From an uncultured Candidatus Saccharibacteria bacterium (GTDB lineage: Bacteria > Patescibacteriota > SOKK01), in the NCBI GenBank assembly GCA_964518965.1, contig CAZFJP010000003.1, positions 25,508 to 89,507 of the forward strand: a DNA stretch of 64,000 nt, read 5' to 3'. Positions within the stretch are counted from its first letter, which is position 1; each line of letters begins with the position of its first letter. The notes beneath the pieces were generated by a model. That model worked only from the letters and a program-made list of their open reading frames with translations, did not search any database and was not told the origin of the DNA. Shown piece after piece: positions 27,329-36,772 of this stretch. The position numbers and the translations under genes were made by a program.

Positions 27329-28444
27329 CTATTTGTTAAATTCAATCTTTTCCTTATTTGCACTGATACTTAGGATAATTCCGAAGCTAAGCATAAAGAG
27401 GAGTAGTGAACTTCCGCCGTAGCTGACCAGAGGCAGAGGAATGCCGGTGACCGGCATAATTCCAATGTTCATTCCGACATTGATTAATACTTGGAAAAGG
27501 ATAATGGTGAAGACCCCGATACTTAACAGTTTACCGAAGTTATCGGCGGCAAGTAAAATGATGCGGAAAATTCGCCAGAGCAGAATTCCAAAGATTCCTA
27601 GCAAAATGATTGCTCCAACAAATCCCAGTTCTTCCGCCAGAACAGCAAAGACAAAGTCGGTATGTTGAACGGGGAGGAAATTGAGATGACTTTGCGGACC
27701 GTAACCCAACCCGCGCCCAAAGATTCTTCCTGAACCAACCGCAATCATTGATTGAACAACATTGTATCCGCTGCCTAAGGGATCTTGTTTAGGATTAAGG
27801 AAAGAAATCAGTCGTTCTTTCTGGTAATCTTTGAGCAGGAAGAACCAGGCGAGGGGGAAGATTGCTCCTGCCCCCGCGCCTAAGAGGAGTAAATGGAGAG
27901 CGCGCACGCCGGCAATGGCTACCATCACAAGCCAGATCACAACATAACTTAAAGCAGTTCCCAGGTCTGGCTCAAGAATGACGAGAACTGTTGGAATAAG
28001 AACATAAAGACCGCTGATTAAGAAGTGTTTGAAAAATTTCATCTCGTGCAGGTGATCGGAGAAATACTTGGCGAGGATAATAATGAGAATTAATTTAGTA
28101 ATCTCGGATGGTTGGAAATTAAAGAAACCGAAACTAATCCAACGGGTAGAGCCGAGAACTGTTCTCCCAAGCATGAGTACGATTATTAAACTGATAATCG
28201 CAAAGAGATAGAGATAATTCGTTACGTTCCGCAAGCCGCGGTAGTTTACTACAGACATCATAAGCATAACTGTTAAACCAATCGTGGCGTAAATAGTTTG
28301 GTGAATAAAATTATTGTAATTCGGAGATTGATCTGCTTTGAAACTGGTACTGTAAATCAAAAGCAGCCCCGTAGAAATTAAAAGGACAACCAAGGCGATT
28401 AAGAGCCAGTCTAATCGGAAGAAATATTTAAATGAGAATTTCAT
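27329..28444 (-). CDS. SEDS family peptidoglycan polymerase (FtsW/RodA)
   Basis: Ten TM helices and SEDS-like conserved segments (PSEITKLILIIILAKYF, GSS...PLPLVSYGGSS). Confidence 0.75.
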   Translation of the reverse strand: MKFSFKYFFRLDWLLIALVVLLISTGLLLIYSTSFKADQSPNYNNFIHQTIYATIGLTVMLMMSVVNYRGLRNVTNYLYLFAIISLIIVLMLGRTVLGSTRWISFGFFNFQPSEITKLILIIILAKYFSDHLHEMKFFKHFLISGLYVLIPTVLVILEPDLGTALSYVVIWLVMVAIAGVRALHLLLLGAGAGAIFPLAWFFLLKDYQKERLISFLNPKQDPLGSGYNVVQSMIAVGSGRIFGRGLGYGPQSHLNFLPVQHTDFVFAVLAEELGFVGAIILLGIFGILLWRIFRIILLAADNFGKLLSIGVFTIILFQVLINVGMNIGIMPVTGIPLPLVSYGGSSLLLFMLSFGIILSISANKEKIEFNK

Positions 28445-28633
28445 AGGATAAAGGCAAAAATCAAAAATAAAAATACAAAATTGAATTAAAAAGATAAAAA
28501 TTCAAGCGTCTGTGTTTTACTTTTTCTAACTAAATAATATCTTATTTTACCTTTTACATTTAATTTTGCTTTTTGCCTTTTGCATTTTGAATTTCTGCCA
28601 AAGGCAGATTCATTATAGCTTCTTTTGAAGTAA

Positions 28634-28666
28634 GAAAAAACCCCCACACCAAGTGGTTGTGGGGGT
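28634..28666 (-). terminator. Rho-independent terminator for the GC-rich two-gene operon
   Basis: CCCCCACA-ccaagtggt-TGTGGGGG hairpin with a T-run on the minus strand. Confidence 0.6.
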
Positions 28667-28680
28667 AAGTTTTTACAGGA

Positions 28681-29778
28681 CTAGATGAGCGGCAGGCCGC
28701 ACTTTTCGCAGTGGACCGTACCGATGGGGTAACATACTCCACAGAGGGGGCACCATGGCCCTGTGTGCTCCTCGCCGGGGGCGATGAGTTCTCCGCACCT
28801 GAGACAAGTTGGCGGCTTGGGCGGGGGAGGAGGAATCGGTTCCTCCCCCTCAATTTCTCGTGCTACTTCCGCCCGAAGAATTGCTTCGGGGGAAGAGCTT
28901 TTTACCTCTGCCTCCTCCTCACGGATAATTTGGGTAAGAACTCTTTTGATTTTATCCGTGAGTTCTTCTCTCTCTTTCCCTTCACTTACACCTTTGTTGT
29001 AGATATCCTCAAAGGTGCAATGGAGAAAGAAGAGAATGATGCCGCTTTCCGAGTCCTGATCTTTGTTGTCATGAAGATAGACTCGGAGGGCATTTAAGAG
29101 CCTTGCGCTGAGGTTTTCGAGGAAGAAGCGCACCTCGCGCTCAGTTTTTTGGGGAAGAATTGTTGTTCTTTTGCCCCTCGCGAGCGCAAGGAGCTCGGTG
29201 CAGTATTTCTGGCAATTTTCCCGGGACAAACTGCGGGCGATTGTCCCGGCTGGCTCCCTGAGGTATCTGAGCAGGGAAGGAAGGTCTTTGATTAGACCAT
29301 CTTCGCCCTGCGCCATCAAGAAGCCCAACAGGCTAGTGGCCTGCTGGTCTGGAGGGGAGCCACAGGTATGTTGCCAGAGGATCACTAGTTTCTCTAGGGG
29401 GGATTCCTTGGGGATGCCGTTTTGCTGGTTGACCAGCTCTCTCAGTTCCTGGTCGAGAAGCGGGAGTTTTGACTTCGGCGTAGTGGTCAGGTAGAGGATC
29501 GTTATGATCCTCAAAAGCGAAATCCCCCAAAAGGATTCGCTTACTCGTTCATTAAGAACGAGTGAAGCAATCCCGTGCCGAACAATCCCAGCGTCGGTTT
29601 TGTTTAGGAGCTCTTTAAGTGCTGGCACAAGCTCTTCCTTAAAGCGCCTTTCGGCTTCCCTCCGGTCTATCAAGCCGAGGCGCATCTTGGCGCGGATTTC
29701 ATTTGTGCCGGTTAAGATGTCCGTTGCAACTGAAACGAAATCCTCGCTACTTATCCTAGAGTTTTTATTCTCTGGCAT
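28681..29778 (-). CDS. Hypothetical protein with a C-terminal double zinc-ribbon (GC-rich island)
   Basis: The C-terminus has four CxxC motifs (CLRCG...CPLCG...CEKCG). About 52% GC against a 38% background. Overlaps the upstream gene by 28 nt. Confidence 0.5.
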   Translation of the reverse strand: MPENKNSRISSEDFVSVATDILTGTNEIRAKMRLGLIDRREAERRFKEELVPALKELLNKTDAGIVRHGIASLVLNERVSESFWGISLLRIITILYLTTTPKSKLPLLDQELRELVNQQNGIPKESPLEKLVILWQHTCGSPPDQQATSLLGFLMAQGEDGLIKDLPSLLRYLREPAGTIARSLSRENCQKYCTELLALARGKRTTILPQKTEREVRFFLENLSARLLNALRVYLHDNKDQDSESGIILFFLHCTFEDIYNKGVSEGKEREELTDKIKRVLTQIIREEEAEVKSSSPEAILRAEVAREIEGEEPIPPPPPKPPTCLRCGELIAPGEEHTGPWCPLCGVCYPIGTVHCEKCGLPLI

Positions 29779-30419
29779 ATTGTTGACTCCACCTCCTTCC
29801 AGGTGGTTTCGATAACTACTGCCGCGAGAGGCGGCAGCGAGTTGTAGATTTCGTTGATTTCCGCTCGCGCGATTTCTACGATCAGTCCCCGCATACTCTC
29901 GTTATGCCAAGTGATTTCGGACGGTAACGCAATTGGCTGGTGGACTGATTGGGATGTTCCTTTGGGGAGGGCGAGAGGAGTGATGGTTTTGGGAGGAAGA
30001 GCTAGTGGGTATTCCTTTTTGTGAGGTTCTATCTTTTTTTCTTCGAGTTCGAGCTTCACATTCTCATTCTGATGTTTCTCTTCCTCGAGATCAAATTCGT
30101 CCACCTCAACATTTACCGGTTTGGGTAGAAGGACTTCCTTTATCCATTCTGCTAATCCCGGTATTATGAGGTGTATGATTTCAGGTTGAGGAGGTTGAGG
30201 AGGAAAAGTGAATTCAATACGAACAGGAGGGCAAAGAGTGCATTGGATGCACTCTCCCGTTTTTGGTCCGAAAACAACTTTTTTCGGTTCCGCAAAGTCA
30301 TCAGGATACAACTCTCGCGGAACCTCGCGGAACCGGACACCCGCTTTTCGCAAAGTGTCTTCGATAATGGTAATAGTCCTGTCTCCCGCAGGGACAGAAC
30401 CATTTTTATCGCTTGCCAT
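29751..30419 (-). CDS. Hypothetical protein (GC-rich island)
   Basis: 222 aa with a CIQCTLCPP motif and Pro-rich and acidic repeats. Minus-strand promoter: TTGACT-17 nt-TAAGTT near 30470-30500. RBS is GGAGG. Confidence 0.45.
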   Translation of the reverse strand: MASDKNGSVPAGDRTITIIEDTLRKAGVRFREVPRELYPDDFAEPKKVVFGPKTGECIQCTLCPPVRIEFTFPPQPPQPEIIHLIIPGLAEWIKEVLLPKPVNVEVDEFDLEEEKHQNENVKLELEEKKIEPHKKEYPLALPPKTITPLALPKGTSQSVHQPIALPSEITWHNESMRGLIVEIARAEINEIYNSLPPLAAVVIETTWKEVESTICQRIKTLG

Positions 30420-30542
30420 GGTCTTGCCTCCTCGGGAGGTTATAGTTTGGGTTTTAAAGCTACAAAGCGACAGGTTAACTTAGCACAAAGAAGCCATTAA
30501 GTCAAGATTTATTGTGTTATAATTAAAATAGAAAGAAACATC

Positions 30543-31085
30543 ATGCGCAAAAAGATTCCTAAAATTCGCTTGTTTTTTGCTTTACGACCTGAGCGAGCTA
30601 GCGAAAAGAAGCTACTTACTTTAATCCGGAGGTTAAAGAAGCAGTTTAAGGGAAGATTTTACCCGGTAAATAAGTTACACCTGACGTTAGCGTTTCTTGG
30701 TTGGGTAAGAAAGGATCGCTTGAAAGTTGTTGAGAATGTTTTTAAGGAGCAATCTGCTCACTCTCATTCTTTTAAAGTAGAAACCGATCTTCTGGAGCTT
30801 TGTCGCAGGAGCCGCTGTCGTAATCATCTTTGGTTACGTTTCAAGAATGCTGAAGTGTTGGAAAATTTTCAAAACAAGCTCTTGATTTTACTGAAAAGAA
30901 ATAAATTCCCTGTTGAGAAATGTCGTTTTCTCCCTCATCTTACCCTTGCGAGACAATTAGAAACAAAGAAGAAGATTAAAGAGCCATTAGAATTGAAATT
31001 AGAGTTTAATCAGTTCATTCTTTATCAAAGCACTTTACTTCGCCAGGGTTCACGTTATACAAAATTGTTAAGTTCTTCTAAATGA
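30543..31085 (+). CDS. thpR: RNA 2',3'-cyclic phosphodiesterase (2H family, ThpR/LigT)
   Basis: Two H-x-T-x motifs (LHLTLAFLG and PHLTLARQ) in a 180 aa protein. Confidence 0.65.
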   Translation: MRKKIPKIRLFFALRPERASEKKLLTLIRRLKKQFKGRFYPVNKLHLTLAFLGWVRKDRLKVVENVFKEQSAHSHSFKVETDLLELCRRSRCRNHLWLRFKNAEVLENFQNKLLILLKRNKFPVEKCRFLPHLTLARQLETKKKIKEPLELKLEFNQFILYQSTLLRQGSRYTKLLSSSK

Positions 31086-31726
31086 AAAAAGATCCCGATT
31101 ATCAAAAATTAGTGCAGGAGTTAATTGCTGAAAGAACACTTGTTACCAAGGAAATTATTAATGCCTTTCTTAAAATTGACCGGGTTAATTTCTTGCCGGA
31201 AGAATTAAAGACGCAAGCAGGAGTAAATACTGCTCTTCCAATTGGTTGTGAGCAGACAATATCGCAGCCATTTACGGTTGCTTTTATGTTAGAATTACTT
31301 CAGCCAAAGTCCGGCCAGAAGATTTTAGATATCGGCTCAGGTTCCGGATGGCAAACCGCCCTTTTGGCAGAGATTGCCGGAAGTAATGGCAAGGTAATTG
31401 CAATGGAAATTGTTCCGGAATTAAAAGAAGAAGGGGAGCAAAACGTCAGGAAATTCGGATTTGCTAGTGTTACTTTTATTCTCGGTGATGGTTCTCAGGG
31501 TTATACTAAGGAAGCGCCTTTTGATCGAATTATCGGTGCAGCGGCAATTCCCCAGATTCCTCAAATACTAAAAAACCAACTTAAAATTGGTGGCCGCATG
31601 GTCCTGCCGGTGGGAACAACTGATCAGGAGATTGTACTTGTTATCCGTGAAAGCGAGAAAGAATTTCATGAAGAGCATTTTTCCGGCTTTGTGTTTGTAC
31701 CGATGGTTGGTAAATATGGTATCTGA
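31082..31726 (+). CDS. pcm: Protein-L-isoaspartate O-methyltransferase
   Basis: SAM motif LDIGSGSGWQTALLAEI plus PIMT-like flanks. Start overlaps the thpR stop. Confidence 0.7.
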   Translation: MKKDPDYQKLVQELIAERTLVTKEIINAFLKIDRVNFLPEELKTQAGVNTALPIGCEQTISQPFTVAFMLELLQPKSGQKILDIGSGSGWQTALLAEIAGSNGKVIAMEIVPELKEEGEQNVRKFGFASVTFILGDGSQGYTKEAPFDRIIGAAAIPQIPQILKNQLKIGGRMVLPVGTTDQEIVLVIRESEKEFHEEHFSGFVFVPMVGKYGI

Positions 31727-31744
31727 ATAATGGATAATGTATAA

Positions 31745-31835
31745 TAAGAAATGTTAGATGTAAGATGTAAGATGTTGGATATAGGAATTCTCACATCTCA
31801 CATCTCACATTTACCATCTAACATCTAACATTTTA
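31745..31835. repeat. Imperfect palindrome built from tandem heptamers (GATGTAA x3 facing TCTCACA x3 and TCTAACA x2)
   Basis: aatgttagatgtaagatgtaagatgttgg...ctcacatctcacatctcacatttaccatctaacatctaacatt. Confidence 0.6.
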
Positions 31836-31837
31836 TT

Positions 31838-33169
31838 ATGAGAAAGTATTTTTGGTTACTTGTGTCATTGATTATTGTTCTAACGGTTTTAGCTGGTTTG
31901 GTAGATTGGCCCAAGGGACCGAATTTGGATTTAAGTTTCTTGGGGATTAATGTTAAGCGGGAATTAAAGATTCACCGCGGCTTAGATTTACAGGGTGGCT
32001 CGCACTTGGTTTATGAGGCGGATTTAAGTAAGATTCAGTCCGGCGAGGAAGAAGAGGCAATGGATGGAGTAGTGGAAGTGATTCGTAATCGTATTGATGC
32101 TTATGGTGTTGCGGAACCAAACATTCAGAAAGATAAAAGTGGCGGTAGGTGGCGGGTGATTGTAGAATTGCCGGGTGTGAAGAACGAGCAGGAAGCATTA
32201 AAATTAATTGGTAAGACTGCTCAATTGGATTTTCGTGAGCAAAAAACTGCGGAAGTTTCCAAAAAAGCAAAAAAGAATGTGCCTAGTGAAGTATTTGTTC
32301 CAACCGGTTTGACCGGAAAAGATTTTAAGAAAGCCAAGGTCCAGTTTAATCCCCAAGATAATAGTCCCGAGATTGCAATTGAGTTTACATCAGAGGGAAA
32401 GAAAAAGTTTGCTGAGATTACCAAGCGCAATGTTCAAAAACCTTTAGCAATTTACCTAGATAATGAACAGATTAGTGCACCGACAGTTCAGCAAGCGATT
32501 ACTGATGGTAAGGCGGTGATTACGGGTAACTTTACTTTGCAGTCTGCAAAAGAATTGGCGATTCAGCTGAACGCTGGTGCCTTGCCAGTTCCAATCTCAC
32601 TTGTAGAACAACGTAAAATTGGTGCAACTCTAGGTGATGAATCAGTAGAGAAGAGCTTACTTGCAGGTTTATTCGGATTATTTCTCGTAGCGTTATTTAT
32701 GATTCTTTATTATCGTCTACCGGGACTTTTGGCAGTGCTTGCGCTCTTTATTTATTCCTTGATTGTTCTTGCTATTTATAAGCTGGTACCGGTAACTTTA
32801 ACCTTGGCAGGGATTGCTGGTTTCATTCTTTCTATTGGGATGGCGGTAGATGCCAATATTCTGATTTTTGAAAGAATGAAGGAGGAATTGCGTGCTGGGA
32901 AATCGCTTTCAAGCGCTATTGAAGAAGGTTTTCGTCGTGCTTGGCTTTCTATTCGCGACTCCAACATTTCTAGTTTAATTACCTGTCTCATTCTTTACTG
33001 GTTTGGTACTGGTCAGGTGCGTGGCTTTGCCCTTACGCTGGGTATTGGTATTCTGGTAAGTATGTTCTCAGCGATTATCGTTACTCGCACTTTTTTGAGG
33101 TTTTTTGAAAGAGAAACATTTGAGAATAAGTTGCGTGGCTTCTTTGGAGTTAGTAAAACAAGTCAATAA
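31838..33169 (+). CDS. secD: Protein translocase subunit SecD
   Basis: LDLQGGSHLVYEADLS motif, a periplasmic domain, and six C-terminal TM helices (RND-like). Confidence 0.7.
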   Translation: MRKYFWLLVSLIIVLTVLAGLVDWPKGPNLDLSFLGINVKRELKIHRGLDLQGGSHLVYEADLSKIQSGEEEEAMDGVVEVIRNRIDAYGVAEPNIQKDKSGGRWRVIVELPGVKNEQEALKLIGKTAQLDFREQKTAEVSKKAKKNVPSEVFVPTGLTGKDFKKAKVQFNPQDNSPEIAIEFTSEGKKKFAEITKRNVQKPLAIYLDNEQISAPTVQQAITDGKAVITGNFTLQSAKELAIQLNAGALPVPISLVEQRKIGATLGDESVEKSLLAGLFGLFLVALFMILYYRLPGLLAVLALFIYSLIVLAIYKLVPVTLTLAGIAGFILSIGMAVDANILIFERMKEELRAGKSLSSAIEEGFRRAWLSIRDSNISSLITCLILYWFGTGQVRGFALTLGIGILVSMFSAIIVTRTFLRFFERETFENKLRGFFGVSKTSQ

Positions 33170-33189
33170 TTAGTTCTTAATTTCTAAAA

Positions 33190-33360
33190 ATGGCAGAAAA
33201 AGAAAATAGGGTTACATTAGTTTGTGAAGAATGTAAGGAAGTAAATTACTTCACGAATATTAATCATAAAAATGTTAAGGACAAATTGAAATTAAAGAAA
33301 TTTTGTCATCGTTGTAAAAAACATACTGTTCATAAAGAAAGTAAGTTCAAGAAGAAGTAA
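33190..33360 (+). CDS. rpmG: 50S ribosomal protein L33 (56 aa; below the ORF-track length cutoff)
   Basis: MAEKENRVTLVCEECKEVNYFTNINHKNVKDKLKLKKFCHRCKKHTVHKESKFKKK shows the typical bL33 Cys4 pattern. Confidence 0.75.
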   Translation: MAEKENRVTLVCEECKEVNYFTNINHKNVKDKLKLKKFCHRCKKHTVHKESKFKKK

Positions 33361-33405
33361 GTTAGTTTTATTTTTACATTTTACATTTTAATTTTTAAGT
33401 TTTTT

Positions 33406-33482
33406 AGGCCCGTAGCTCTAATGGTTAGAGCGGTGGTCTCCAAAACCACAGGTTGGGTGTTCGACTCACCCCGGGCCTGCCA
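33406..33482 (+). tRNA. tRNA-Trp(CCA), CCA encoded
   Basis: AGGCCCG pairs with CGGGCCT. Anticodon loop CTCCAAA. T-arm GGGTGTTCGACTCACCC. Classic rpmG/tRNA-Trp linkage. Confidence 0.8.
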
Positions 33483-33552
33483 AATCTGAAAAACTGCGTC
33501 TGTAGGCGGTTTTTTTAATGTAGTTCTCATGGATATAGTGTCGCATTAAAAA

Positions 33553-33590
33553 TTGACTTAAAATTTAATGTTTGATATCATATCAACGTA
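33553..33590 (+). promoter_or_regulatory. Sigma70-like promoter with an overlapping palindromic candidate ArsR operator
   Basis: TTGACT (33553-33558), 17 nt spacer, TATCAT (33576-33581). The palindrome TGATATCATATCA overlaps the -10. A second half-site ttgatatgata lies downstream. Confidence 0.45.
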
Positions 33591-33607
33591 AATTGATATG
33601 ATAAATA

Positions 33608-33934
33608 TTGATTATGGAAAATATTCCTTATTGTCGAAATAAACTAAAATCAAAAAATAATTTTCAAGAAGCAATTGAATTTTTAAGAATTATTAATGAA
33701 CCAAATCGTTTGAGAATTATTTATTTTTTGAATTACGGCGAACAATGTGTTTGCAATATTCGAAAGTCCTTGAATATTTCTCAAAACCTTACTTCTTATC
33801 ACCTCAAAACCTTGAAAGATTTTGGTTTAGTTGATTCCAGGCAAGAGGGTAAGAAGATCATTTACTCGTCAAACAAAAAATTTATGAAAAAATGTATTTC
33901 ACTTTTAAATAATTTTTTAATTTTAAATTTATGA
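33608..33934 (+). CDS. ArsR/SmtB family transcriptional regulator
   Basis: wHTH region: NRLRIIYFLNYGEQCVCNIRKSLNISQNLTSYHLKTLKDFGLV. Confidence 0.7.
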   Translation: MIMENIPYCRNKLKSKNNFQEAIEFLRIINEPNRLRIIYFLNYGEQCVCNIRKSLNISQNLTSYHLKTLKDFGLVDSRQEGKKIIYSSNKKFMKKCISLLNNFLILNL

Positions 33935-34194
33935 AAATTCAAGTTTTGGGTTCGGGTTGTGTTACTTGCGAGAATTTGCATAAGACAGTTGAAGAAGTAG
34001 TCAAAAAATTAAATCTTGATTTGAAGGTGGAATATTCTACAGATATTACTAAAATTGTTGAAATTGGTGCGATGGGTAGTCCTGTTTTTGTAATTGATGG
34101 AAAATTAATTACTGCGGGTAAAGTGCCTTCCGACAAAGAAATCGAAAAAGCCATTTTAGAGAAAATGAAAAGGAGTATGCTAGAAAAAAAATAA
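33931..34194 (+). CDS. Small thioredoxin-fold protein (redox-active disulfide protein 2-like)
   Basis: 87 aa. A CVTC motif near the N-terminus. GSPVFVIDGKL. Confidence 0.6.
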   Translation: MKIQVLGSGCVTCENLHKTVEEVVKKLNLDLKVEYSTDITKIVEIGAMGSPVFVIDGKLITAGKVPSDKEIEKAILEKMKRSMLEKK

Positions 34195-34251
34195 TCATTG
34201 CAGAACAGTTGTTTTCGCGGTGGAAATTATTAATAATTTTTTAAAAATAAT

Positions 34252-34722
34252 ATGAACAAAAAAATAATCGCTCCATCTCTTTTGTTAATTTTTTTATTAC
34301 TTACAGTCTTTTTGATGGGTTGTGATAATCAATCAAACTTTCAGGGTTCTGGAAAAAATACTCTTTCCGATTCAACCTCTGAGATTTCAAAAGCTGAAAG
34401 AGTTGAAGTAGTTTGTTTTTATGGGACCCATCGTTGCATTTCATGTAAAATTGTTGAAGAGTATGCTAAAAAAACTCTTGAGGAATTTTTTCAATCAGAA
34501 CTCCGAACTGGCAAAATCACATTTAAATCTATTAATATTGAACTTCCTGAAAACCGCGATATTGTAGTAAAATATCAAGCTCGCGGATCATCACTTTTTA
34601 TCAATGCGATTAAAGATGGAAAAGATAATATTTCAGAAGATGTCGATGTTTGGTATTTGACTGGTGATGAACAGGCTTACAAAGAATATTTCAAAGAAAA
34701 AATTGAGAAAATTTTAAATTAA
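34252..34722 (+). CDS. Lipoprotein with a thioredoxin-like CxxC motif
   Basis: Lipobox LMGC. A CISC motif in VVCFYGTHRCISCKIVEEYAKK. Confidence 0.5.
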   Translation: MNKKIIAPSLLLIFLLLTVFLMGCDNQSNFQGSGKNTLSDSTSEISKAERVEVVCFYGTHRCISCKIVEEYAKKTLEEFFQSELRTGKITFKSINIELPENRDIVVKYQARGSSLFINAIKDGKDNISEDVDVWYLTGDEQAYKEYFKEKIEKILN

Positions 34723-34726
34723 CTCC

Positions 34727-36415
34727 ATGGGAAATTTTATTGCGTCGTTAATTGATACTTATAATATCCCACTTCTAACAGCATTTTTGCTGGGAATTTT
34801 AACTTCCATTAGCCCCTGCCCGTTAGCAACCAATATTACGGCAGTCGGGTTTTTATCAAAGGATATCAAAACTGCCAAAAATACTCTTTTGAACGCACTT
34901 TTTTACATCATCGGACGGGGCATTTCTTACACTTTGCTGGCGGGTCTAATTTATTTTGGAATTTCCTCTTTTACGGTTTCGGGAATTTTTCAGGGGTGGG
35001 GAGAAAAACTACTTGCGCCTGTTTTGCTTATTATGGGATTTTTTATGCTTGGGATTTTTAAAATAAATTTACATTCTCAGGATGATAAATGGGAGAAATC
35101 TAAGCAATGGCTTTCTAAGAAAGGATATTTAGGGTCTTTGGGGCTTGGAATGATTTTTGCTTTAGCCTTTTGCCCCTATAGTGGTGTATTATTTTTCGGG
35201 ATACTAATGCCGCTTATTTTAAAATCAGCGAGCGGATTTCTTCTTGCTTCTCTTTTTGCTCTTGGCACAGGCCTACCAGTTGCGGTTTTTGCTGTATTGA
35301 TGGTCTTAAGTCTTCAAAAAATGAGTAAAATATACCGTATCACTCACAAGGTGGAAAAATATCTACGCTATATTGTCGCTTTTATCTTTATCGGGGTCGG
35401 TTTATATTTTCTTATTAAATACACATTTGGTATTGAGGATTTTGATATTTTTTATCCCTTTGCGGCGTTGGCAAACTGGTTGACATTTTCAGTTTTGGGT
35501 ATTAAGCAAGGTTCATATCTTGGCAGTAGTGTAGAATTTTTTCTTTATGATGTTCTTAAAATTTTTGCACTTATGCTGGTAATTGGTTACTCCATGAGTG
35601 CACTTCGTTATTATCTCCCCATTGAAAAGTTACGTAATTTTTTAACCAGAAGAAAGCTCTATGGACTTGATTATTTTTTTGCTGCTATTTTTGGAGTAGT
35701 TACTCCTTTTTGCTCTTGTTCCTCAATCCCGCTTTTTGTTGGATTTTTAGAAGCTCGAATTCCGCTCGGAGTTACTTTTACTTTTATGATCACTTCCCCG
35801 TTGGTTAATGAAGTGGCTATTGTTCTTTTACTTGGTATTTTTGGTTGGCGAATAATGGTATTCTATGTTATTGCAGCGATTTTAATTGGGATGGCGGGGG
35901 GATTCGTTTTAGGTAAGCTTAAAATGGAGAAGTATGTTGAGGATTTTGTTTGGAAAATTCATACTCCAAAGCAAAATCCGAAAGAAATTAAAAGAGAACC
36001 ATTTATAAAAGTATTTCCCCAACTTTCACGGGAGGCACTTGGGATAATCAAAAAAATCGCCCTTTATATTATTATTGGTGTTGGAGTAGGAGCATTTATT
36101 CATGGTTATGTTCCAGAGGGATTTTTTGAGAAATACTTGGAAAATACCGGCTTTTGGAGTGTGCCTCTCGCGACAATTTTAGCGGTGCCAATGTATGCTA
36201 ATGCTAGTGGAGTTATTCCTGTTATTCAATCATTAGTTGCGAAAGGCATTCCTCTTGGTACGGCTCTTGCTTTTATGATGGCGACCGTCGGGCTTTCATT
36301 ACCCGAAGCGCTGATTTTGAAAAAAGTTCTCAAGTGGAAACTTCTTGCGGCATTTTTTGGATTCGTAACAGTTGGAATTATTTTAATTGGTTATGTATTT
36401 AATTTTTTATTTTAA
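34727..36415 (+). CDS. Fusion membrane protein: N-terminal CcdA/DsbD-like thiol-disulfide transporter domain plus C-terminal DUF318/UPF0718 (ArsP-like) permease
   Basis: N-terminal SPCPL motif in TM1 with about 6 TM helices. The C-terminal half carries TPFCSCSSIPLFVGFL and about 8 TM helices. Confidence 0.55.
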   Translation: MGNFIASLIDTYNIPLLTAFLLGILTSISPCPLATNITAVGFLSKDIKTAKNTLLNALFYIIGRGISYTLLAGLIYFGISSFTVSGIFQGWGEKLLAPVLLIMGFFMLGIFKINLHSQDDKWEKSKQWLSKKGYLGSLGLGMIFALAFCPYSGVLFFGILMPLILKSASGFLLASLFALGTGLPVAVFAVLMVLSLQKMSKIYRITHKVEKYLRYIVAFIFIGVGLYFLIKYTFGIEDFDIFYPFAALANWLTFSVLGIKQGSYLGSSVEFFLYDVLKIFALMLVIGYSMSALRYYLPIEKLRNFLTRRKLYGLDYFFAAIFGVVTPFCSCSSIPLFVGFLEARIPLGVTFTFMITSPLVNEVAIVLLLGIFGWRIMVFYVIAAILIGMAGGFVLGKLKMEKYVEDFVWKIHTPKQNPKEIKREPFIKVFPQLSREALGIIKKIALYIIIGVGVGAFIHGYVPEGFFEKYLENTGFWSVPLATILAVPMYANASGVIPVIQSLVAKGIPLGTALAFMMATVGLSLPEALILKKVLKWKLLAAFFGFVTVGIILIGYVFNFLF

Positions 36416-36551
36416 ATAAAATTAAGGCGAAAAAGATTAGAAATAAATATCCAGTGAACGAGATGGTAGAGTGCTAGATGGTGTTAATTTGGGACATAAA
36501 CAAACTCTCCTGAATTTCTAAACACATTTCTAACATTGTCTACGACTGCCT

Positions 36552-36658
36552 GCCAGCCCAAATTTCATCAATGATATTAATCAAGATAAACTAAATCTCA
36601 TAAGCAATTTTATTTTTAGTGGTTCTTGATTAACCTTAATGATGAAACTTGGGCTGGC
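36552..36658. repeat. Palindrome of the 'TTTCATCATTGA...AATCAAGA' family (copy B), at the boundary of GC-rich island 2
   Basis: gccagcccaaatttcatcaatgatattaatcaagat ... cttgattaaccttaatgatgaaacttgggctggc. Confidence 0.6.
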
Positions 36659-36747
36659 TTGCCATTTAAATCAGGTCAAAGGTAACAGGTTAAAGGTCAA
36701 AGATAATAAATCCGGAAACTTTGATCTTTGCCCTTTAACCTTTAACC

Positions 36748-36772
36748 TTCTCCGAGAGGAGCGGTTTTTTGT
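36748..36772 (+). terminator. Possible rho-independent terminator (short stem, T7 run)
   Basis: CTCC-gaga-GGAG-cgg-TTTTTTG. It is preceded by a longer hairpin: ggttaaaggtcaaag...ctttgatctttgccctttaacc. Confidence 0.35.

Noticed and set aside
33483-33520. Terminator after tRNA-Trp
   Set aside because: A T-run is present (cggTTTTTTT) but no convincing GC stem precedes it.
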